A DNA stretch of 64,000 nucleotides from Macrostomum lignano (Eukaryota). The notes under the pieces are model-generated. The model worked only from the letters and a program-made list of their open reading frames with translations. It searched no databases and was not told where the DNA came from. Each line of letters starts with the position of its first letter. The first letter of the stretch is position 1. This document shows, piece after piece, positions 55,910 through 64,000 of this stretch. The stretch is taken from contig NIVC01000172.1 of the NCBI GenBank assembly GCA_002269645.1, positions 644,558-708,557 on the forward strand, in the 5' to 3' direction. A program made the translations under genes and the position numbers.

Positions 55910-58900
55910 GTGTCAAACATATGGAGATTTCCGTCCGTTTATTTTCAACGGCAAAGTGATGCATCATGCCATCGATGTCTTCGAGATTCTGGAAAGCCTA
56001 AGCTGTTTAGTGACGAAAATAATGCCAATCCAATGTGTGAGCAGCCGGAAGAACTACGCGATTTGTCAGTTGCGGAGCAAATGTTGATTTCGCCGATATT
56101 GTCTGTTATTGTAGTCTATCGGTTGTTTCCGCAAGGCCAGCATGCTTCGAGAGGGCATGGAATCATGTTTCCGCAGGATCAGGCAAGCGTTGTGAGAGAA
56201 TTGCCGAGACGAACTCTACCTGTGGTGCTGATGTATGACAAAAAGCTGCAAAACAATCCTGGCAGTACAGTTACGGGAGCGATGAACAATCTGCGAGTGA
56301 GACGCGACAAGGTGTTGAATGCAATCAGGTATCTGATTGATAATAATCAATATTTTCAACGATTTTCTGTCGGTATTGATCGCGAAGCGTTGAATTCGTT
56401 GCCAGAGAATGGATATGCGCAGCAAATCAATGAAATGGTTAATCAAATGGACACTCAAGATGTCAATGTTGATCTGGATGCGGCTGAAGAGGAAGCCAGG
56501 CAACCAGATGAAGATGAGCAAAGGCAACAAATGGAAGAAGCTCAGTTGGAAGAGACGACAAGCGCTTTGCTGAATACGCCATTGCGTCGTTTGGAAGTAA
56601 AGATTCGCGATCGTTTGCTAGAAGAGAAATTGCAATGGCCAAGATCGAGCCGAGTACCGGTGAATGAATTCGAACAGGAGGGCTTGTTTAGTCTGGCCTA
56701 TCCGCACCTATTTCCTGACGGCAAAGGCGACAACAAGACTCCGCGAGTGCGTTCGATAAGCCTGGGCGACTATGCGAAGCATTTGATGCAGTTTCACTGC
56801 CCGAGATTTCGTTGCGATCCTCGCTTTCGCTTTTTCATTGAGAACATGGTGATGCGATGGAGAGCATTGGAAGTTGGACGAGTATTTGTGCACGACAAGA
56901 ATTTGGCTGGCTTAAGTGCGCCAGAGATGCTGGAGAAGCTGAAAGACCCAGCGGTGATGTCCAGCGTGTCAGCCAGAGCATCAGAGTTGCGTGGAACAGC
57001 CAGCTATTGGCAAAGCAAGCGTAGACAATTGGAAGCAATGATTAAAACAATTGGTTTGCCGCACTATTTTGTGACGTTATCCGCGGCGGATATTCAGTGG
57101 CCAGAGTTGTTGCAAGCTTGGCAAATCGAAGAAGACGTCGACAATGATAATTGGCAAGAAATCCGAGACGAGTTGCGTTCCAGACTGCAAAAGGATCCTG
57201 GCATGGCGGATACTGTGTTTTGGATTCGTTTTGAATTGTTTTTGCAAAGATTTTTTGTTGAGCACTGGAAAGTAAAGGACTTTTGGTTTCGTATCGAGTA
57301 TCAGAGTCGAGGAAGCCCGCATGTTCATGGCTGCGTTTGGATGCCGGACGGAGTGGATGTGACTTCGGAATCCTTGCAAGCAGAAGATTTGGTTGCCTTT
57401 GTGGACAAGTACATTTGCAGTTGGAACACGTGCATGGACGAATCAGATAGCGGTCGCGAAATTTCGTCTGGCGGAGTAGGAGCGGAGCCGGCTCGATTGA
57501 AGCCGTCCGAAATTAAGGACGATAAAGCTGATTTGCAAGCACTTCTTCACAACAACATGAGGCACTCAAGGTGCAGTAATCGGTGCCTACGAAAGGAAAA
57601 GAACGGCTCTATGAAATGTCGATACAAATATCCGCGAGATACGCAGACAAAGACTGTCGCCAAAAAGCTGTCGAGTTTAAACTGGAAGGTTGAGACGCAG
57701 CGCAACGACCAATATATTGGCATGTACAATCCTCAAGTACTGTGCATGTGGAGAGCTAACCTAGACATTCAGATGATTTCTTCGGCCAAAGATTTGATTC
57801 GCTATTTGATCAAGTATGCAAGCAAAGGAGAGAAGGAATCGGAGCAGTTGCAAGAGTTGAATCGTCGCTATCTTTCTATGGAGCAGCAACCGCCGGAGTC
57901 AGTGGACATTGATAATGCAGCAGAAAATGATAATAACCAGCAGCAACAGCAGCATGACGAGTATAGCCGAACAAATACTGCACGTCGCATTGTTCAGCAG
58001 CACTTGATGATGCAAGTTGGAGCGCGCGACTATTCAGCACAAGAGGCTATGCATCTGGTATTACAGACACCGATGTACAAGGCGTCGCGAGAGTTTGTCT
58101 ACGTTCAAACTGGCGAGACTAGAGCGATTGAGAGTCGAGGCGTTTGCAAGAATAGTATTGAAAAGTACGCAAATCGGCCGGCACAATTGGAGAATGAGAC
58201 AATGTATCGATTCTTTTCGGACTATATTCCCCCGATGCGTCAACAAAGACGCGGTGGTGAACAAGTTGCCGTCTACAAGAAGCGACTAGCGGGCAAGGAA
58301 GCAGTTTTGATTGTGAGTCCGTTTTTGCGCTCAACAGAAAGCGACGATAAACGGCGCGAACAATACTATCGGCAGCAGGTACTACTGTGGAGCTGTTGGC
58401 GAACCGAAGAGCAAGCAAAGGGATCGCATGCAAGCTGGCGCGAGGCATACGAGGCGATGATGCAAACGGAAGCGTGTCAGCTGGTTGTGCGCGATTTGGA
58501 CGACCTGCGCAACGATGAAGCCGACGAGGAGGAACGCGAAGCAGTCGCCGATTTGCCAGACATGACTGCCGCGAATGCCGAATCAGTTGCTGGTCCAGCT
58601 TATCCGGAGCGTCAGCAAGAGGATTGGATGGCAGCACTGGGTGCAAAGCATGCGGACATTCAGCTGAATGTCAACAAGAATCCGGAAGACACTCTGCCAG
58701 TTGCGCCAGAAGGTTTCGATTGGAGTGCTGCTTCAGATTGGCAATTTCCGAGTCTGGCAGAGGCAAAGCAGTTTTTAATGACCGAACTGACTAAGCCTGT
58801 TAGACGTGTAGCTGGAATTACCATCGAAGATGGTGCAGGCGCTAATCGTCAAACGATTGACGTTTCACTGCTGAATGAGAGACAGCGGAAGCTCTACGAC

Positions 58901-60070
58901 ATGATTGACAATCAATTGAAGCTTGAACAGCTGGCCGAAAGTGACACTACTAACAATAGTACTGAGTCGGAAAAGATGCCTCCACCACTGCGAGTAATTT
59001 TGTATGGCAGCGCTGGAACAGGCAAGAGTTTTCTGATTGCTGCACTACGAAAATTGATTGGCGAGGACAAGTGCAAAGTAATGGCACCGACTGGTGTGGC
59101 TGCGTTCAACATTGCTGGCGAGACACTGCATTCAGCGTTGAAGTTGAACGTAAAGTTTTCGACTACGGCGTGTACTACTAATGCTGACGGTTCAACGACT
59201 TCGGGCAGCAGCAAGGCATTGTCAGACATGCAATCGGTATGGTCAAACGTGCGCTACATAATCATTGACGAGTTTAGCATGGTTGGCCAAAGGACACTGG
59301 CAAAGGTGCACAACCGTCTGTGCGAACTGTTTCCTGAGGAGAAGCGAGACACGCTTGAAGAAGGATATTTCGGCGGACGGTCAATCATTTTGGTTGGCGA
59401 TGTGTTTCAGCTGCCTCCCGTGCAAGACAAACAGCTGTATGTGTTTAACAAGAATGCCAAAGATAATTTGACACCGATTGGCTATCAAGTGTACCAGAGT
59501 TTCAAAACGGTTGTTTATCTAAACAAGCAGGTGCGTCAAGCAAATGACACAGAGTTTGCCAGCATTCTAGAGTCTCTTCGCGAAGGCAAAGTAACCGAAG
59601 CCATTTGGAAGACTGTAATGGACAAGTGTCAAGTAGCAGCTGCAGACATGCTACCGCTAGATGTTGATGGCAAATGCACGCTATTGTACCACACAAATGA
59701 AGATGTGTCTAATGCCAATTGTGAGGAGCTGCGAAAAATTGTCGATGATAACAATCCGGTGCGGATAATCAATGCAACTTGTACTGGAAGGCAACCGCTG
59801 ACTGGCAACAATGCTGATAATAGCAAGCAGAAATCGGAGACAGGCCTAGCCAGGCGACTATTTCTGGCGATTGGAGCACGCGTGATGTTGACTCGGAACC
59901 TATCTGTGCAAAATGGCCTGGTGAATGGCTCGGTTGGTACGGTTCGTGGCATCTGCTATGCAAATGGAAAGAAGCCGCCAAATGATTTGCCCGATTGCGT
60001 TTGGGTTGAATTCGAGCGCTACAATGGCCCGGCAATGCAAGCCATGCGGCTGACCAGAGGAGATGGTAGT

Positions 60071-60102
<32 letters not shown>

Positions 60103-60448
60103 GTGTGCGTCATCAGTTTCTGTTGTGCCAATTCTGCCAGTGTCGAGCCAGTGGCTTCATCGAGGCGCCAGCTTGTCGAGACATCAGTTTCCGCTGAGGC
60201 TAGCCTGGGCAATCACTATTCACAAGTCGCAAGGCCTAACGATTGACAAGGCGTTTGTACAGCTGGGTAAGGGCCGCAAGTCGCCGCCAGCAGGTCTGTA
60301 CTACACTGCCGTGAGTAGAGTTCGTGCCTTGTCTGATCTGTTTGTTACCTGTTGCGATTTCGTTAGATTTCAGCGCCTATTTTCTACAGGTGGTATTCTG
60401 GCACAGGTAAATGAGCAGAAGCGTTTATTAGCTTTGTGCGAGAAATGA
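55910..60448 (+). mobile_element. Helitron2/Helentron-type Rep-helicase (HUH endonuclease + Pif1 helicase), 1512-codon open frame
   Basis: C-x2-C/FSDENN N-terminal region, LAYPHLFPDGKG, HUH motif 1 FVTLSAADIQWPEL, motif 2 EYQSRGSPHVH, motif 3 YLIKYASK; Pif1 motifs GSAGTGKS, IIDEFSM, GDVFQLPPV, GLVNGSVG, FPLRLAWAITIHKSQGLT, YTAVSRV. Confidence 0.95.
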
Positions 60449-60559
60449 GCCAGCAGCAATTGGCGTTGTTGATATTATAGTAATGTAGTTATTAGTCACT
60501 CCGTATTGAGTGGGTTTTACGCGCAGCGAAAATCTAGCGTTGACGTTCTACACAGCAGA

Positions 60560-61720
60560 CATGGCAATATTGCGTTTATTTACATCACTACTAGAAAGTA
60601 GTCGCCTACCATGCAAGGTTAGATTTTTCTGCGCATAATCTTATGCCTATTGTCAACGCTAGTGCATGGTGGGCCAGGATTTTAGAAATTTATTATATAA
60701 GTCGTTGAAAATGGAATTCCATTCCATTGCCTAGCCTCATTAATTATGAGTGTCAAGGCGGTCTACTGTGCATGTGGTTGCTCTTGTTTAGCACAAATTC
60801 TCTTGAATTCTGCAGGCTGTGATAATTTCAGCATTATTCAGCAGACAGAAAAGTGTGTTAAGCATTCGCGCCTTAGAAGGTGGGCAATCGTGAGGTGAAA
60901 AGCTTTCCTAGCTGTGATATAGTATACTGTTCGGATAGATAGGTTTATGCACAGTAGGCAATGCAGTACTGCGGTATATAGCTTAGGAAAGTTGAAATGT
61001 GTGCCAAATGATTAAATAATTGCCTCTGCTCATTAAGTATGGGCAGTATGGCGGTCTACTGTGCACTTTATTCGCCCTTGTGTGACACACCACTATTGCG
61101 TTTTGCCTCCTGATAATGTGACAGACACTATTCAAACGTTATCCAGTTAACAAGATGCGTGTCACTCATGCGCCTTAGAAGGTGGGCGTTCGAATTTCAT
61201 AAAGTCTATACTAGAATTGCCGACGATAGTGCACAGTAGACAATGCAGTACTGCGGAGATACGACTCTCGATTATTTGCCTAGACTCATTAGGTATGAGT
61301 ACTATGGCGGCTTGCTATGCACGTGGTTGCCTTCAGGTGGGCAATCGATTTTATGGTTTAAATACCCAGAACTTTAATGTCGGCCTTAGTTTGTGCATAG
61401 CAGGCACTGCAATATTGCAACGGCCTATGGCCTACGTAGGAAACAAATTGCCGTGGCTCATTAGAATGAGTTCATTGGCGGTCTGCTGTGTAGGTGGTTG
61501 CACTTGGGCAGCAGCACAGTATACTGTTGTATTCAGCATGCAGAAAAGCGTGCTGCCCATTCGCCTTAGGCGTGCAATCGTTATTATTAATCTATTGGTG
61601 AATTGGCTGCGCGTAACATCGCCCGCAAAATGTGCAGTAAAGGTCCGTCAAAGTGTGAGCGGCATCGTTTGGCATTGCTTTGATATTGCTTAAAGAAATA
61701 ATAGTTTGCCTACCAAACAA
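60560..61720. repeat. Degenerate ~280-350 bp tandem repeats downstream of the Rep-helicase
   Basis: GCGCCTTAGAAGGTGGGC at 60868 and 61170; GCACAGTAGnCAATGCAGTACTGCGG at ~60949 and ~61230. Confidence 0.65.
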
Positions 61721-62716
61721 AAAGGCTATTTTAATTTTGAAATATCTATGATTGATAAAATATCCTCTTCTACCGATTAGCTATTCGATGCACGACGCTT
61801 TTAGTTTTAGACACAGTCTTTTATTTGAAAAATATTTTAAACAGCTGCTTTATGAACAATTATGAATACAACTGTGTCTAATTATGGACTTATCACGCAA
61901 AGTTGCCCTGCCTTATCCAGGCATGCAACGTGATCATCTGTTTACTGCAAAGTCGTATCCAATGGCTTCACGAGCCTGCGGGTGTTAAGCCGTTCTTTAG
62001 AAGTCAAGAGTCTATAATAGTTTTTATGTTCTGTGAAACATGTTAAAACTCTTGTCTCTAAATTTTGGCAACAGAATTGGAACGACGCAAGTGTATTTAA
62101 TGACTTTTGATTAGTTTTAATCCACTATTAGACTATACATAACTTTGAAATTTAAGTATTGTAAAGTAAAGGTAACTTAAAAAATTTTCTATTCACTAAT
62201 TTAATTAACTAAGTAGACCACATAAACGAATAAAAATTATAATATATTATTCCTTCAAAATTTGTTATACTAGATTATACAAGACCTAGTTTTACTAGGT
62301 CTCGGTCTTTTCAGATTTTTGTGTGTGAAATGTTTTTATACCTTTTTAGACGCTTACGATGAATAAAATGCTTAGTATGATGCAATGTTTGTCAGAATCA
62401 GAATTCAGTCAGTCAGTTTTTTTCTCTATAATTCTTACAATGCATTTCTCGTGGAAAGGGCTACTTGACCTTTGCATAAAAGTATTTCTTTTTACCTTAT
62501 TATCGTTTTAGCATTGACCAATTTCTTAGCCACGATACATGTACCCTCACGGAAAAATTTCTGATCTAATAGTGCCAGTTTGAAGAAAAGCGGTTCACAC
62601 AATGTCAAGTTAAGCCAAAATTCGTATAGATAGATACATAGGTTGGTAGATAGTTCTATTTTTAGTATAACTGAATGATGATGATTAGTCATTTGGTTTG
62701 TATTTTCTGCTTTCAG

Positions 62717-63272
62717 ATGTCGAATTTTTATTTTTATTTCGGCCGCGATGGCGGCCCTGCCGGTGGCGGCGGTGGCGGCCATGGCGGCGGTGGCGGCCTC
62801 GGCGGTGGCGGCGGCGGTGGCGGCCATGGCGGCGGTGGCGGCCGTGATGGTGGCGGCCGTGATGGTGGCGGCCGTGATGGTGGCGGCCGTGATGGTGGCG
62901 GCCATGGCGGCGGTGGCGGCCTCGGCGGTGGCGGCGGTGGCGGCCGTGATGGTGGCGGCCGCGGCCATGTCGGCGGTGGCGGCGGTGGCGGCCGTGATGG
63001 TGGCGGCCGCGGCCATGTCGGCGGTGGCGGCGGTGGCGGCCGTGATGGTGGCGGCCGCGGCCATGTCGGCGGTGGCGGCGGTGGCGGCCGTGATGGTGGC
63101 GGCCGCGGCCATGTCGGTGGTGGCGGCCATGGCGGCAGTGGCGGCGGTGGCGGCCATGGCGGTGGCGGCCGCGGCGGTGGCGGCCATCCGGGTGGCGGCG
63201 GTGGCGGCGGTGGCGGCCATAGCGGCAGTGGCAGCCGCGGCGGTGGCGGCGGTGCCGGCAGGCGAAGTTATC
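62717..63272 (+). CDS. Low-complexity exon (Gly/Arg/Asp/His-rich or Ala/Val-rich depending on frame)
   Basis: Strong acceptor ttttctgctttcag| and donor |gtgagt flank a GC-rich GGY repeat block inside AT-rich DNA; reading frame undetermined. Confidence 0.5.
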
Positions 63273-63668
63273 GTGAGTAAAGCTTACACTAAATTTTCAA
63301 TTTTAGCAGTCTAAAAACAAAAAATTGTTGTTAAAATTATTGCATTTTCTACATCATCTTAGTTAACGTAAGCAACCTTTTTTCCAAATTTTAAATTTGT
63401 AGGATGTTATCGATGCAAAGTTCTCGGGCACCTTGCCCGAGAATGCAAAATAATACGGCGCAACGTAAGTTTATGTGCAAACGTATTTGTTTACTCTCAT
63501 CACAATATACTAAATCACTAAGATCTGTCTGTCTGTCTTTAATGTCTAAATCCTTTAAAGACTTTATAGCTGCAAAAGCTTGCGTTTTAATTTTAAGCAC
63601 ACAAATTTGTGAGTAACCGAATCTGATAATAAAATTAATATTAAATTTAATTTAGGCCCTTGCTACAG

Positions 63669-63935
63669 CTGCTTCCTGCTGCAGCTGCTACTGCTGCAGC
63701 TGGTAGTGCGCCGACTGCCCGTGCGGCAGCAGCACGTGCGGCGATTGCACGTGCTGCTGCCGCACGGGCGGCAGCTACTCCAGCTGCGGCTGCTTCTGTC
63801 GTGCCGACTCCTCCTGCCGTCCCGACTGCTCCTGCCGTCCCGACTGCTCCTGCCGTCCCGACGTCTGCTGCTGCTGCTGCCTCTCATGATTCTGGGACTG
63901 GGGCTGGGGCTGGGGCTGGGGATGTGGCTGGGGGT
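63669..63935 (+). CDS. Candidate next exon, Ala/Pro-rich (LLPAAAATAAAG...VPTAPAVPTAPAVPT)
   Basis: Acceptor ctacag|; phase-compatible with the Ala frame of 62717-63272; end approximate. Confidence 0.35.
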
Positions 63936-64000
63936 AGGTGCGTTGTGCAATAGTGTTGGGCACTGTATTGATTAGCGATTCTAGAGGTGGTTTATGACCG

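Noticed and set aside
62492-63220. Antifreeze-glycoprotein-like (Thr-Ala-Ala)n ORF on the minus strand
   Set aside because: It is the antisense reading of a GGY repeat; the splice signals are on the + strand and there is no signal peptide.

Overview
Eukaryotic (animal) genomic DNA, about half tandem repeats and transposon debris. The GC-rich exons, minisatellite-filled introns and TE mix would fit a flatworm such as Macrostomum, but the species is an inference. Host genes: (1) a class V myosin on the minus strand, with 14 coding exons traced by hand from 18615 down to 1237 (1664 codons, all splice phases consistent; the last exon lies beyond the left edge); (2) a divergently oriented two-exon PRL/PTP4A phosphatase (25586-26573); (3) an orphan polyQ protein with two transmembrane helices (37474-38571, minus); (4) a low-complexity Gly- or Ala-rich candidate gene at the right edge. 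Mobile DNA: a four-element nest of MITEs with readable TSDs (19455-21571), hAT MITEs, a deleted mariner, three tRNA-derived SINEs, RTE-like and LOA-like LINE fragments, and a 1512-codon Helitron2/Helentron-type Rep-helicase ORF. The most notable element is a compact Polinton/adintovirus-like cassette (about 48.7-52.1 kb): palindromic iteron-like repeats, an orphan ORF, a parvovirus-type PLA2, a DDE integrase broken by one missing base, and a small protein ending in an adenovirus pX/mu-like hydrophobic tail. Other notable signals are a 2.2-kb satellite that visibly grew out of a hAT MITE, an intronic array of decoy splice donors, and a sharply bounded CpG desert around a probable bidirectional promoter.
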